From the NCBI RefSeq assembly GCF_009914755.1, contig NC_060939.1: 64,000 bases of DNA. One strand, 5' to 3'. Of the stretch, positions 27,501 to 44,163 are shown piece by piece. The notes under the pieces were generated by a model. It saw nothing but the letters and a program-made list of their open reading frames with translations, did no database searches and was not told where the DNA came from. This stretch comes from the human T2T-CHM13v2.0 reference genome, Homo sapiens. Both the position numbers and the translations under genes were made by a program. The number at the start of each line of letters is the position of its first letter. The first letter of the stretch is position 1.

Positions 27501-30500
27501 GAGGCTCCAGCTGCGGCTCAGACTTCCTGGATTCTAATCCAGTTCTAATACTTTCTGACTGTGTGATCTTGAGCAGTTGCTTAACCTCTCTGAGCCTCAG
27601 GTGGGCATCTGTCAGGACAGCAGAACCTAAACTGAAAGGGCTGTTGGGAGAGTAAATGAGAGAGAGCGCAGACAGGGCGTAGAGCAGAGCCTGGCTGTCA
27701 GTGTCAGTGAACCAGAAACCTCCCTGCCCTCAGGCATGGGCAGTGGAGTATCTTGGCGATAGCAGTCAGTCTGACTTCAGATGGAGAAGGCAATTAATGA
27801 CTGCCTGGTGTAGTTGGGAGCCCCAAAGAGTTTTGGCCTTGAAAGGATCTCTCATCATTCCTCCTGATTAGGGCATTGTCTGCAGAATATGACTCTAGGG
27901 ACAAAGGCTGGTGCCCCCTCTGGTGGAGGGAGGACAGTGCTTTGCTGGACAGGCAAGTGTGTGAGTCCTCTCACCTGTGCAGGCAGCCTCCCCAGCCCTG
28001 GGTCTGACTGAAGATCCAGATGCTAAGAACTTGGCATCCCTGTGACCCATGGGCCCCAGCTCTGTAACTGAGGTCCCTGCACTCCTGGGGAGCTAAAGAC
28101 GCTTCTCTTAGGTTCAGTCTCCTACCTTGAACCCCCAAAACAGCTCTGGACTGCCTCTAGGCGGTCTCATGGGCCACCTGCCCCCACCAGGCCTGGGGTT
28201 GATATGACAAATCAAAGCTCCTCATCACAGGCACGGGGTGGTGGCTTCCTTGCCCAGCAGCACCCACTGCTCTCCTCAGAGTTCAATCTGCTCCACTGCC
28301 GAGTGTGGCCACTGCTGCTGGCCTGCTCAAGGACAGCAACGCACACTTGTCTCTGCTTGCCTTGCTGCCATACAAAAGGTGCCATGTGGTTTCCAAAGGA
28401 GCACAGCACAGGGGGTGTGAACCAGCTGGAACCTCACTCCCTTCCATGGGCACCAGGGGGCCTGTGCAGATCAACACCAGGACCCTCCCAGCAACGACAG
28501 GGATCCCTTCTTCAGCCCCAGCCCTGCAGTCCTTCCAGGCTCTGAAGTCTGGGTGCTGAGGAACGGGGGTGGCTGCCTTGTTTCTCGGAAATCACCTCAC
28601 TAGTAGTCATCCCAAGTACTAGACCTTCCTTGAATCCCTTCTGGCGGGTCTTTCAGCTGGAGTTCAGTGACAACCCTTTGGAAGGCAGCTCGCTTTCAGC
28701 ATGGGCCACTCCTCAGGTGACTCTCCTGGGCCCCCCTCTCCCCCCACTCTTTTTCTTATTCTTCTTTCAGCAAACACTCTGTGCACATCCTCTAACCAGA
28801 AGCTGTGCCAGGCGCAGGGGCAGAGAGACAAGCCAGGTTCAGCCCCTGCCCCCAGGGCCTCACAGTAGAGCGAAGGAGGCAGCCAGCTCCTGCAGCAGTT
28901 AGGACCACAAGGTGAGCTCCCTGATGGAGATAGCGTCCCTCCTGGTGGCAGCCTCAGCCCAGGGTTCCCTCATCCAGCTTAACATAACTTCCTGTAAGTT
29001 CACAGGGAGACAGCACACACTCTCTGCCCCACTTGACTGCCACTGCCTTTACTTATGTTCTCTTGCACTCAGCAGGGTGCTTTGGTTGTCAGCCAGGGAA
29101 ACCTTTGGCTAAGTTCAGGAGAACAGGATCTTACTGGAAGGACTTTGGGTAGCTCAGTGCTCCCTGGGAAGGCCAGCACACCTGGCTGGAAATGGACAGT
29201 CCACAGCATCGGGAGCTGCACACAGTCCCACTGAGGCTGCCCCAGAACGTGTATACTCAAGATTCCAGCGCTCCAGCCCGGTGTTGGACTGGCCTTGTGT
29301 GGGCACCATGCGCTCACCCCCTAGACAGAGGACCACAGGGCACTCTAACAACACAAGAAGATGGCCCACAGCTGGGGGAGGGTCACCTCCCCCAACTTCA
29401 GTGGGTGTCACTTAAGGGGAAATGGCCCGCACAGGGCCTGCTGGAGTTCTTAGAATCGTTCAGCTGCTGGAGTATTTGGGATATGTGGCTAAGTCACGCC
29501 CTGGGGCTGTCAGTCCTGGGTCCCTGGCTCCCAAGCACCCTGGCATTCATCCTTCTGCCCTCATCTGGCACCCAGTTAATGTCTCTGCTCAACCTGGAAA
29601 CATTTTCTTAACGACAAAAAAATAAAATCATAAGTTAAAAATCTCGAGCAGTAAAACAGCAGATGACGTTGTGTGGGCAGCTGCCCAGAGGACACAGAAC
29701 GCACGTCTCCTGAGCGGGTGGCCTTATAAGGACAGGTTCAGGAGGAGAATGGGCAGGAGGGAGGGCCACCCACCAGGAGAGTAGGAGGCTGGGGTAGTGG
29801 TGGGTGCCCCACCACTGGGCTGAGTGTGGAGCCAGCAGGGTGCCTGGCCAGGACCTGACTCCACAGAGGGACTTGGCTGCGTGCAAGAGCCAGAGGCCCT
29901 TGTGGGCCAAAGCCTGCCCGTCCCTCCGCCTTCACTGTGTCACTGCCAGCACAGGCACTGACCTGCTCTCAGCCAGCTGCCACGCAAACCCACCTGGCAG
30001 CCTCACCCTGGGAACCCCCTCCCTCCAGGGCAGGGGCCATTTCCTATCCTTCATCCCACCTTCCCCCACTCCTGGGCCCAGCAGGCCTAGCACCAGCTGG
30101 CATGACGTGCAGTAAAGGTTTGTGGGGTGACAGAATTAGGAAATGAAGGGTTCTCTGGTAGAAGTTTTGGCTCATCACCTGGGCTATAGCACCTGGAACT
30201 CAGGGCAGCGTCTTCTCTCCTCAGACGGCCCAACGTGGGGCTGAGGAGGTGGGTAGGGCTGGGCAGTCAGTTTTTGCCCTGCCCAGGATCACCTTTGTCC
30301 CCATTGTGAAGACACACATACCATCAACGTCCTCCTGATAGGGTGGAAGAGTTTCACTCCCCCGAGGTCAAAGTGTGTGTGTGTGACAGAATATGTGTGT
30401 TTCTGGGAGAGTCCTGATTGTCTCTGCACTTTTCTGACCCCAGCATCACTAGGATTAAAGACCTGGCCCTTGGGATCTGAGGGTGAGCAGAGGAGCGCCC

Positions 30501-31259
30501 CAGGAGGTCCCATACTGAGGGAAGGACTCTGGAAGCCTCCCCAAACCCTCATTTGGAAAGATCCTTCCCTGAGCTTCCTAAAGCCCCACGTTCCTCTCGG
30601 GGTGAGTCCTGCATAGACACAGAATGGATGGTCATTTGAAGAGAGCTGAGAAGGTCACGCCTTCCCTTTGACAGCTTGCACTGTACCTAAAACCCCATCA
30701 TTTATGAGCCATTATCCTTAAATAAGCATTGCCTTGTCCCATAAGTTCTCTCTTAAAAGGCAAAGAGTGTTCCCTGCAGAGGTCAACAAAGGAATTCTTT
30801 AATCTCCAGATAAGACAGGAGGACAGAGCAGCTAGAGGCAGCCTAGGCAGCCTGGGCAGCATGGGGGATGGAGAGTGGAAGGAAAGGGCTGAGAGGGCAG
30901 GAGGGTCCCAGAAGAGGGAAGTGGCTCCTTACCTCAGTTGATCCTTGGAGGCCAACAGTGACCTGAGAGTGTGTTCCCTCCCCCCAGAGTGGAAGGGTCA
31001 GGGCTGATAGGAGGTGCTGGCAGCCCCTCAGCTGGCGCTGCTCCCATGCCAGAAGAATGTCATCAGCTGCGGAAGGTTGACTTGAGATGAAGCAAGAGAG
31101 CAGAGGTGAGAGAGGATCGGCGGCAGCTGTGTGTGCTGGAGCCTGCCTGGAGGCCCAGCCTTGTATAATACAAATACAAGACACAAGGAAACCCCCTGAT
31201 ACAATTGTCTGAAATGCCACCATTACACATATATTATTTTGGGTTAAGCAGTGCCTCTC

Positions 31260-31740
31260 TGTGGTAGGCTGAATAATGGCCCCCCAAAGACATCCACGTC
31301 CTAATTCCTAGAACCTGTGAATCTGTTACTTGGACTTTGTAGGTGTGATTAAGGATTTTTTTTTTTTTTTTGAGGTGAAGTCTCACTCTGTCACCCAGGT
31401 TGGAGTGCAGTGCTACAATCTCAGCTCACTGCAACCTCCACAATTCTCCTGCCTCAGCCTCCCAAGTAGCTGGGATTACAGGCACGCGCCACGACGCCCA
31501 GCTAATCTTTGTATTTTTAGTAGAGACAGAGTTTCACCATGTTGGCCAGGCTGGTCTCGAACTCCTGACCTCAAGTGATCCACCTGCCTCGGCCTCCCAA
31601 AGTGCTGGGATTACAGGTGTGAGCCACCGCACCCGGCCGTGATTAAGGATCTTGAGGTGGGAGATTGTTCTGGATTATCTGGGTGGGCCCAGTGGAATCA
31701 CGAGGGTCCTTCTAAGAAGGAGGCAGAAAGTCAACCAGAT
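31260..31740 (+). mobile_element. MLT1 (MaLR LTR) interrupted by an antisense AluS (about 31356-31638)
   Basis: tgtggtaggctgaataatggcccccc...gtgattaagga|Alu|gtgattaaggatcttgaggtgggagatt; the Alu TSD gtgattaagga is visible. Confidence 0.8.
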
Positions 31741-32698
31741 AGAGGGCACTGTGCACATTTCCCCAGAAAGGGAACACCTAAAGGCCTTGAGATCTCAGCC
31801 CGAATGGGTTAGGAGACATCCCTCCTGTCAGAGTCAAAAGGCTGCCTTCAGCCTGCTCCACTGGGCCTCTGCGGGAACATGGTGGGGACCCAGAAGAGGA
31901 GACAAAGCATAAGGGGACAGGAGGGAGAGCAAGAACCAGGGCAGAACTCGCTTCATTCTCCTTACATGGGCCAGGCCTTGGCTTGCTCCTGGAACCTGGA
32001 CCCTGCCATCCTCCTGACCTCCTCTCTGAGGGTCCTCTTGTCCAGACCATGCTTGAGTGTGTCAACTGCTGCTGTTTCAAGGACGCACCAAGGCAGCCAC
32101 CTGATCCTTAGTATTAACTGTAAAGATTGTCCTTCTCCCAGGTGGCACTCCCAGAATCCTCTGCTCCAGCCAGATACCTTCGTTAACCCTGCTGACCTGA
32201 GAGGCAGCGAGTGGTTCTCCCAGGGTTTCTGAGTTTGATGATAAATGCTGGAGGTTTGTTAACCATAAAAGTGATGAGGAGGATGATCATAGTAAAGGTA
32301 ATGATGATGGAATGAGGCAGGGTATAAATATGTATAAATAAGTGGCTACTGGATACCATGGCACAATCTTCCTGCACACTATCCTGCTCAATCATCACAA
32401 CTGGAAAGTTTCAGTATCTGTATTTTATGGATAAGACACTGAGGCACAGAGAGGCTATGTGATGTTCAAAAGGTCACACGGCTGGTTAGTGCTAAGGCTG
32501 TAGTTTCAGCCCACATCTGACTTCAGAGTTCGTGCCCCTAACTACCACACTATTGTACCTCCTAAAAAATATTTTAAATGAACAATTTGCCCACTGATGT
32601 CTCTCTTTTTTTTCTGGAGACAGACTCTCACTATGGAGTGCAGTGGCACTGTGGTAGCTCACTATATCCTCAAACTCAAGCAACCTTCCTGTCTCTAA

Positions 32699-33046
<348 letters not shown>

Positions 33047-34199
33047 TGAGGCATGTGGGAGAAAGATAGGAATTATAGATGGGCCTGTCAACTGGTCGCC
33101 TCTAATCAAGGGGACTTAGTAAAGTGGTGGACCAAGGCCAGGTTACCTTAATCAGAACATAAATAGCTTTGGACCTAACATTGCATCTTAGAAATTGAAC
33201 TTTAATTTTACTGTCTCTTTCAAGTGTAGTTTTACTTTTGGCAACAGACAGACATATGTCCAACTTTACAACATCTTGCCCATTTTCTCTAATAGTTTTG
33301 TGCTGCCTGCAAGTTATTCAAGGCAAGTTTTAAGGCCAAAGAATATTTTTATTGTGATTTCAAGTTGGCAGGCATTGAGACTTAGTAGAAAGCACCGAGG
33401 GGCTATTGGGCCTCCGGAGACCTGGTTCTAGTTCCAAGCTTGTTGTGTGTAGGCCTGCAGAAGTCCCCATTACACATTCAGATGAGGTATCTGGGGTTGA
33501 AGCCCTGAGAAACGTGGAAGTTGTTCGTTTTTTTTACTGGCCTCATTTCCAGGTCCAGCCCTGTTTGCAGGGTGGAGGGGGCTGAGATGTTTTGATTCTG
33601 CGGTAATTGTTGCAGGTCTGCGCAGGGCTGGCTGGGGAGAGCAGAGGCACTAGAGTCTTGGCCCCTGGCCTCTGCTTGCTTGAGTTATGGGCTGGTCCCC
33701 TCAATCCTTGGGGACTTCTGAACGATAGGCCTTGGGTGACTGGAGACAACTCTGGTCACAACCTCCCCACCCCGCAAATGAGGAAAGACTGTCATACGAT
33801 CACAGATAGTCAGAGCAGAAGGGGCCCCAGACTGGCTGAAAGTCACACACACTGGCCATAGGCCTGTTATGTAGTAAAGAATCCCCAGAGATCTTCTTAC
33901 ATAAAACAAAACAGATTCCTGGGGGCTGCCAAGCTGGGCTTTCTGAATCAGAATATACGAGGGTGGGGTCTGGGACTCTTGAATAAACACCCTGAGGATT
34001 CTTATGGATAGCCGCCAGGGCTGGAAGCTTTTGACCTGGTCAAATCTCTCTACGTTTCCTAGGGAAACTGAGGCCCAACAAGGCCTTGACCCAGACATCA
34101 GCAGACCTAAAATCAGAAATGAGGTCTTCTGACCTACAGTTTGATGTTCTTTCCACACCAAGACCAGGTGCCTGCAGGACTCAGAAGAACTGCCCATTA

Positions 34200-34205
34200 T
34201 TTATT
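34200..34205 (-). terminator. UBAP1L: Probable UBAP1L polyadenylation signal
   Basis: tttatt on + (AATAAA on -), about 310 nt downstream of the UBAP1L stop. Confidence 0.65.
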
Positions 34206-34517
34206 TGTTTTAATTTTCTTAAAATCAAGGTTACTAATGCACACAGTGTAAAGAGTCAAATCAGGTGGTTTCACAGGCATGCATGAAGAACATAGCTCCC
34301 CGTCCGGCTCTCCCATCTGCCCCTCTGCAGAGGCAACTATTTCAACTCTTTCAGCAGATTCTGCTGCTGTTAACTGTCACCCTTGGTATTATTTGTGTTT
34401 TTACAATAAGTATGCATCACTTTGTTACTCTTACTTGGTTTTAATAATACAGTTAGGATGGGTTGCCAGGTCTGGCATTGGGCCTAGATGCCCAGGCATC
34501 GTGGAGTGCCTCCGTGG

Positions 34518-34760
<243 letters not shown>

Positions 34761-35178
34761 CTACCCCCAGGCCACGTGAGCCTGATCCTGGGCCGCACCT
34801 GCCACTTTTCTGTACCTGTAGGGTGATGTAGGTTCCGACCTCCCTTCCTCTGCCAAGGAAAGAAGGCCCCAGCCTGGCCATGGGCTCTGTCCTGACTCTC
34901 CTCCCACTCCTCCCACTCACTGTCAACTTTCTGCTGGGGCAGGAGGGGGGCAGACCGTACACCTGCACCTGGAGCACAAACAGCCCAAGGTCCCTGCCCG
35001 TGCCCTGAACACTGTGGAGGTATCACAGCGCAGCCTGCACTTTCCTTCCCCTCCGACCCCAGGGCTTGAAACTTCCCCACCTCTGCTCACTCTCTCCTTC
35101 TCGAGGCCTCACCCAACCCTCCGTCCCCTTCAGCCTCTGTGAAGAGCTGCTCTGCCATGGGGCACTTAGAAGTGACTA

Positions 35179-35604
<426 letters not shown>

Positions 35605-35706
35605 TCACAGAGGCTGTGTTGATTAAGTCTAATAAAGCAAAACCCCTGCTGCTCTCTGCCTCCTGTCCCCGTCCCACCTCTTCCTGATCTCCCTCTGTGC
35701 CTCTCA

Positions 35707-36261
<555 letters not shown>

Positions 36262-37621
36262 CTAGGGTGTTCATAGAACCTAGGTGGGGAGCAGGACAGG
36301 CTTCAAACACAGACATCCCACCTACCACCCAACGCAATTCAACATTCATGCACCACCCACCCCTGTCTGGGAGCACCCATTCGTGTGAAGGTGCCTCCTC
36401 ATCCGTCCACACCTGTGCACCCCTACTGTGCCCCCAGATGCATCTCTCTCATCCAGGACTCCTGAGCCACTACTATGCAACTCCTGCACCAGTGCTGGAG
36501 AAGGGGTGTGGGGTAGGCAAAGAGGAGGATTCCACAGGCAGGAAAAACTGTTCAGGTCACCCCACGGTTACGTCATCAGGGGCCCAGGATAAAATGCTGG
36601 CTCCTTACCAGGCAGGGCTCAAAGGCCTGCTCCCTGTCTATGGCCTTGGCCCCTCCCTCACCCTCCAGGTCTCTGCAGATGCAGCTCCCTCAGCCAAGGC
36701 TGGCCTCCTTCCCTGTCCCTGGGAAGCTTCCTGCCCCCTCTATCTTCCTGGGTGCCGTCCCTTGTGCCCCCATAGCACCCTATGCTTCCCTGTTACAGCA
36801 CATATAACTTTGTAATTGCTTCACTCAATCTTTCTCATCCACGAAGTTTTTGCTCCATGAGGGAGGGGCTGTGTCAGTCTCATTCACCACAGTGTCCCCA
36901 TCATCCAGCATGGTGGCAGAAGGAGCTCAATAAATGTGTGCTGTGTTTATAAAATGAATGAAGACCTGCCTTCAAGGAACTCACAGCTTAGTGGGGGAGA
37001 TAAACCAGATACAGGACCACATCAGTGCCAGGCAAATCAAAGCAGGATTTATGGGGTGTAGGTGCCAAATGAAGGCTCCAGACTACAGGAATTATGAGTA
37101 TATGTGGAGAAGGGAGAGTGGGGTTTCCGTAGACCTTCAGAGCTGGGATGAAAGTGCACATCATCTAGACTAACAGTTGTCAAATTGTTTTTGGCTCCTG
37201 AAGTGTTTGTCTTAGCACAAGGAGGCTTCAGCAATAACAGGCTAAGATTAGAGCTGCTCTGGGAGAACCAGGGCCAGGGGCATGGGGGCCCGGAGTCCAG
37301 TGCTCCTGGCCGAGGTACTGCCCAGTACAGCTAGACCTGCTCTGAGCACGTTTTGAAAACCAGGCACCCATGCCCTCCTTCCACAGTTGAGGAAACTGAG
37401 GTTCAGGCAAGGCAGGTGCCTTGTCCGGGGTCCCACGACTAGGTCCCCGATTATGTAACCTGTCATTTAATGCCTTGTCCATCAGAGGGATCAGCTGCTA
37501 GAGGACGGGCTTTTAGCTGTCTTGGTGGATGACAGGGTTTCCAAAGGTGAAAGCTTCACCTTCAGAAGGAGGGCGGGCAAGGATGGATGGTGGACGCTGC
37601 CTCCACCTTTTGGCTCATCCA

Positions 37622-37805
37622 TAGCAATGGTTCTCAGTCTCAGTGCTTATTGCAACCACCTGAGGAACTTTAAACATTACTGCTGTCTGGGCCTCACCTT
37701 CAGAGGTTACGATATAATTGGTCTGGGGTGTAGCCTGAGCATTGGAATTTTTCCCTATAGCCCTCCAGGTGATTCTAATGTGCACCCAAGACTAAGAATC
37801 AGTGA
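37622..37805. mobile_element. MER5A-like DNA transposon remnant
   Basis: gcaatggttctca...ccaggtgattctaatgtgcacccaagactaagaatcagtg. Confidence 0.7.
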
Positions 37806-39856
37806 ATGGGGACAGCTGACCTTGATCTATACTATGCCACAGTGAATATCAGACCCATCTGCAAATTTTCTAAAATTAAAGGCCCCTGGGTCCACCCCAG
37901 ATCCACTGACTGGGGCCCTGCAGGATAAGCCCTGAGAGTCTGCATTTGCAAAGGTTCTGCTGCTTGGTTAGCTTTTGGGCCTGCAGGACTGTAGAAGCTA
38001 TCAGGCTTGCCTCAGGCCCCCAGGTGGGTGAGGATGTCACCTTAAGGCCACCGGAGGGGGCCCCCGGAAGTCACTGGTTCCAAACACGTATTCCTCCTCC
38101 ACCCTGTGAACTGGGAAACTGAGGCTAAAAGAGGGGGCCTGGCCTGTGGACCCTCACACATGGCACCCATGCCTGTCCTGCAGGGAGGCAGTGTGGGCAC
38201 ATCAAGCCTTGTGGAAGGAAAGGAGTGCTGCACAATTTCTTTTGTATCTTCTTCTCTCCCTGACTCTTCTAGCTGCTCTGTCTCTATCACCTGATGCCCT
38301 TCCTCCTGGGCCATCTGTCATTTATCTTGGCCAAAAAGGATTTACTGCAATATGCGGCTTTCAGTGGGAGAAGGAATCTGAACCCAAAGGGCTTGTTCAG
38401 TTACCAGGACTTCACAGAACAGACAGAAATACTAACTTGGTGGGGGAGGATAGATGAAGTCATCCAAAGGCCCCTCAGACCCACCCCGTGGGGCCTGGCT
38501 CCTGACTGCCCACCAGGGAAGGCCACCCAGAGATCCAGGGGGCCAGGCAGGTGGCCAGTCTATATCTGGAAACACAATGTTCCCAATGCAGTGAAATCCT
38601 TCCTGCTCACCCACTGGGAGGCCAGGGCCCCAGGCTGGCTCTGACTCATCTTCAGACCCCCAGAGTGATGGCCTGAGACCTCAGCCTTACCACAGGGCCT
38701 GAAGGGACTGGGGAGGCATGTCAGAGCCCCACTGTGCACCTGGCCCCTCACAGCCCTCCTGACCAGCTTTTTGGCCAGGACTCTGGCTTTTCAGTATCAT
38801 CCGAAGGTAGGCGTGACTTTAGATCTGCTCTTAAATCTCAGATCAGCCTGTGGTGCTGTCCTGGGAGGTTCTCACACAGAAAATGAGATAAAAGACATCG
38901 TGCGACCAAGATGCAGAGTCAGACCAGCTGGCCTCAACCCCAGTGCTGCCATTGACTGGCTGTATGAACTTCCCTGGCCTCAGTTTCCTCATCTGCAAAG
39001 TGGTCATAATGTAATAGCAACCTTGCAGAATTGAGACCTAACTGAATACCCTCAGAGAGAGAGATTCATGCAAGAAAATGTTCAATAAATGTTAGCACCC
39101 CTCCCTGCCATTTTAGCCACATGGGGGTCACTATGTTGGAAATTCTCCTCCAGGACAGGGCATGAACTGATGAACCCAGAGTAGAGTAGAAGCAGGAGTG
39201 GGTGGGCAAGGGGACCAGGTGCATTTGCCCAGCCCCACCCCGGCTCCTGTTTGAAAGTCACTTCCCTTCTGCCATTCCCTCTGGCAGAAGCAGGCAGCTC
39301 TGGACCGCAGGGACCCAACATTCAGTACTCATCAGCGATGATGGAGGTGTCCAAGCCTTCTGATGGTGGTGGGGCAGGAACGGGAGAAAAATGAAAAGTG
39401 CCAACTACCCTGGGGCCAGCCATCAAACCATGAAGAGTCCCGATGTTTAGAAAACCACGCAACGAAGGATGTTACTTTCAGGTGGGGACATGGGGGTGTA
39501 GGCAATGGCATTCAATGTTACCTCCTGACCCTACTTACAATCCTTCCGTGCCTCCTTTTGCCTATTGGGTCATTTATCAAATTCTCAGGCCAGCCTTCAA
39601 GACCCCTAAATCTACCCCCAATTCTCTTTTTCTCATCTCCTACCAGCCTGCCTCATGCACCCTCTCCTCAACAAGACTGGTCAGATCAGGGCCTCCCAAA
39701 CACTTCCTTCCCACCTCCACTCCTTTATTCACACTGTCCTTCCCTCCTGGAATATCACCCCTTCTCCTTCCTTCAGCATCAGATCTTATCCATCCTTGAA
39801 GTCCTGCTCAATGCTTGGTATCTCCATGAAGCCTTTCTTGATCACTGGAACCTTCT

Positions 39857-40310
39857 TGTGGTAGACTGAGAATGATCATAAAATTTTTTGCACCCTCTCC
39901 CACCAAGAGGTGGAATCTGTTTTTCCCCTGTGTAAGCCTGGAGGGGTCAACAACATGCTTTGACCAATAGAATGAGGTGGAAGTGACTATGTACAATTTC
40001 AGCCAAGGCCTCAAGAGGCCTCAAGAGGCCTTACTCTTGGAACCAAGTAGGGTGGCTTGCTGGAGATATGTGGCCCAGCTGACAAGTATCACCACCCACT
40101 GTACAGTGAATGAGGCCATCTTAGATCATTCAGCCCCAAGTAAGTCACCAAACTGTAGCCACATGAGACTGCAGGTGAGATGAGCAGAAGAACCCCCTAG
40201 CTGAGTCCACCTTAAAACTGCCAATCCAGAGAATCATAAGCAAATAAATGGTTGTCTCATGCCACTAAGTTTCGGGGTAGTTTGTTACACAGAAAGAGAT
40301 GACAGAAACA
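39857..40310 (+). mobile_element. MLT1 (MaLR LTR) remnant
   Basis: tgtggtagactg...gacaacatgctttgaccaatagaatg...aataaatggttgt...gccactaagtttcggggtagtttgttacacag. Confidence 0.75.
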
Positions 40311-40904
40311 CCCCTATAACACTCATACCACTTCTTCTCCCAGGTATCTTGCCACTAGCACCTCTTTTTAGGCACTTTGGGGGCCCTCACTCCTCTGCAG
40401 GTGCTCTTACATTCTTGGCTTGTATCAGGGGTCAAGACCTGCTTCCAAATAGTAGCGTGGCTCAGAGTGCTGTCCTTGGAGTGTCATCATGAGTCTCCGC
40501 CATACTTCCAATAGAGTGAACTCTATTAGAAGAATAGAATGTGGGTGAGTAGAACCTGCGTGTGGTAGACTCTGTGATGTTCCATCCACACACCCTTTCA
40601 CTGCAGGACTTACTGCCCCAGATGCTGGGAGAGCTGGGAGACACTCTTCAGTTGTCTGCCCCTTCAGGGATTACCTTAACTGCAGAGATCCACTTACCTC
40701 AGGTCACCCCCTTCCCACATGCAATGACTGATTGAGGCAGGGGTATAAAGGCCTGACCATCTCAGCCCCACTTAGGACAACCCTGAGGGGCCATAGATGC
40801 TCCAGAGCTGTGGGGTTGGCTGATGCTGTTGTTGGGCCTATGTCACAGCTCAAAAGGTGAAAATCATGTGGCCACTCACCTGGCTCCAGCATCACAGCTC
40901 ATCA

Positions 40905-41183
<279 letters not shown>

Positions 41184-41345
41184 TCAGTTGGGCTGGACAT
41201 TTTTAAAAATGCCTTTATGTACCACCTTCTGTACAGAGTGTAGGGGCTAATATTATGGAGGGCTTAGAGTCCTGCAGACCCCAGCTCTCTAATGCTTACT
41301 CAGTATACTCATATGAAAAATGAGGGCAATCCCTAAGCTACTTCA

Positions 41346-41767
<422 letters not shown>

Positions 41768-43356
41768 TCAGAAACGTTAATGACCTGATTAAGCAACACA
41801 CGCTTGGTACCTCAACCCTACTTAGGTTTTATGCCCCACACCTTGGTGACAGATGAGCAGGGGTAGGTCTTCCCAACCAGGCCCTCCTTCTTGAATTTGG
41901 TTGGGCTGGGGTTTGGCAGGGCATGGAGCAGGGGAGGAACTGGGCACACCAGTTGAAACACACCCTGGATTAAGGAGGGTGACTTGAAGGCATTTCCATT
42001 GGTTTGGCCGGCATCGCCCCGAACCTTCTCCCATGAGGAAGTACCTCTCTGCCAGCCCTGAACGTTTCATCCTGTCCCCTCCTCCCAAGGAAAACACAGC
42101 TGCCGCCTGGCTCTTGGGGTGGAGTGTATATGTAACACACATGAATCCCCACCCATACGCATCTTCTCAGGGCTCTCCCTGCCACGACCTCACCCTAGGG
42201 TCTACCCTTTATTACCTCCAGGGTGGAGAACATCAAAGTTTAGGAGCTGAGTCTACTCTTGTGTCCTTGAAAAAGATTCTTTGCCACTCTGTGCCTCATT
42301 TCCATCATCTACAGAATACTGTCCCACCCCCACAGGGTTGTTATGAGAGTTAAATTCATCTTGGCCAGGGAAGAGCCATCCTGGCATCAACATCTGGTCT
42401 TGGATGTGGGCATGGCACATCACGCTTACAGAGCCTCTTCTCTACTATGTATGCTCTAAACAACCGTGTGAAGGGTTGTTGGCTCACAGTGCAGGTAGAG
42501 AAGGGGTGGTTCAGTGACTTGCCTAAGGTCACAAGCCGGTGCATGTAAGAAACCAGACCTCAGGTCTCTGTCTTGCAGATTGAATTCTACCTTGGCCTTA
42601 TTCTGCAGCATCTCCTGGCCTGACTGTGGGGCTGCTGGGGGGCAGAAAGCTGTGCCCCGCTGCCACCTTCTGCTGCCAATCCTGACCCACCCCATGTTTT
42701 GTGGAGTCTGATACTTACATAATTTGGAAGGCACCTCACAGAAAAAGAACACACAATTATGAATACAAAATTGGGCACAAGGCCTTGGAAGAGACAAAGG
42801 GAGGAGCCTGAGGCTTAAGCTTCTGTGGTTTCACTGTAGGGTCACTTCTCCCTGCTCTTCAGGGTTCACTTCCTCCGTCCTGAAGCCTTCTCAGCCTATT
42901 GCAGCCCTGACGCTCCCTCAACACCTGATCCCGCTGTACAGTTCAGGGCCTGGTCCCACAACCCTCTTGGCCAACTCTTCATGTCCTGTGGTTTTGACAC
43001 TCCCAAACCCAGTGTCTGGCAGGAAGTAACTGTGCATTGAATATTCCTTGATTGAGCCTCCAGCTCCCCTAGCTTATAGCAAACCTCAGCCAGTGGGAAG
43101 CCCTAGATTTGCGTTGCGTTCATCAATTCAACAGACATCCACTGAGCGCCCCCTATGGGTCAAGTCGGCAGCTGGGTGCTCTGGAAACAAAAATCAGTGC
43201 GATCCAGTCCCTGCCCTAAAAGAGCTCAACCTCGTTTAGAAGAGACAGGTCCTGGATAATTAAAACCACTGTGACCTGCTCCCTAAAAAAAAGCAAGGCA
43301 GGCACAGTGGGAAACGCGGGGAATGGGGGCTTCTGAGCAGGGACTACTCTACTCTA

Positions 43357-44163
<807 letters not shown>

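Noticed and set aside
27905-28955. CTCF-like motifs at about 27911 and 28933
   Set aside because: Extra bases disrupt the GGCRC part of the core; too weak to call without ChIP data.
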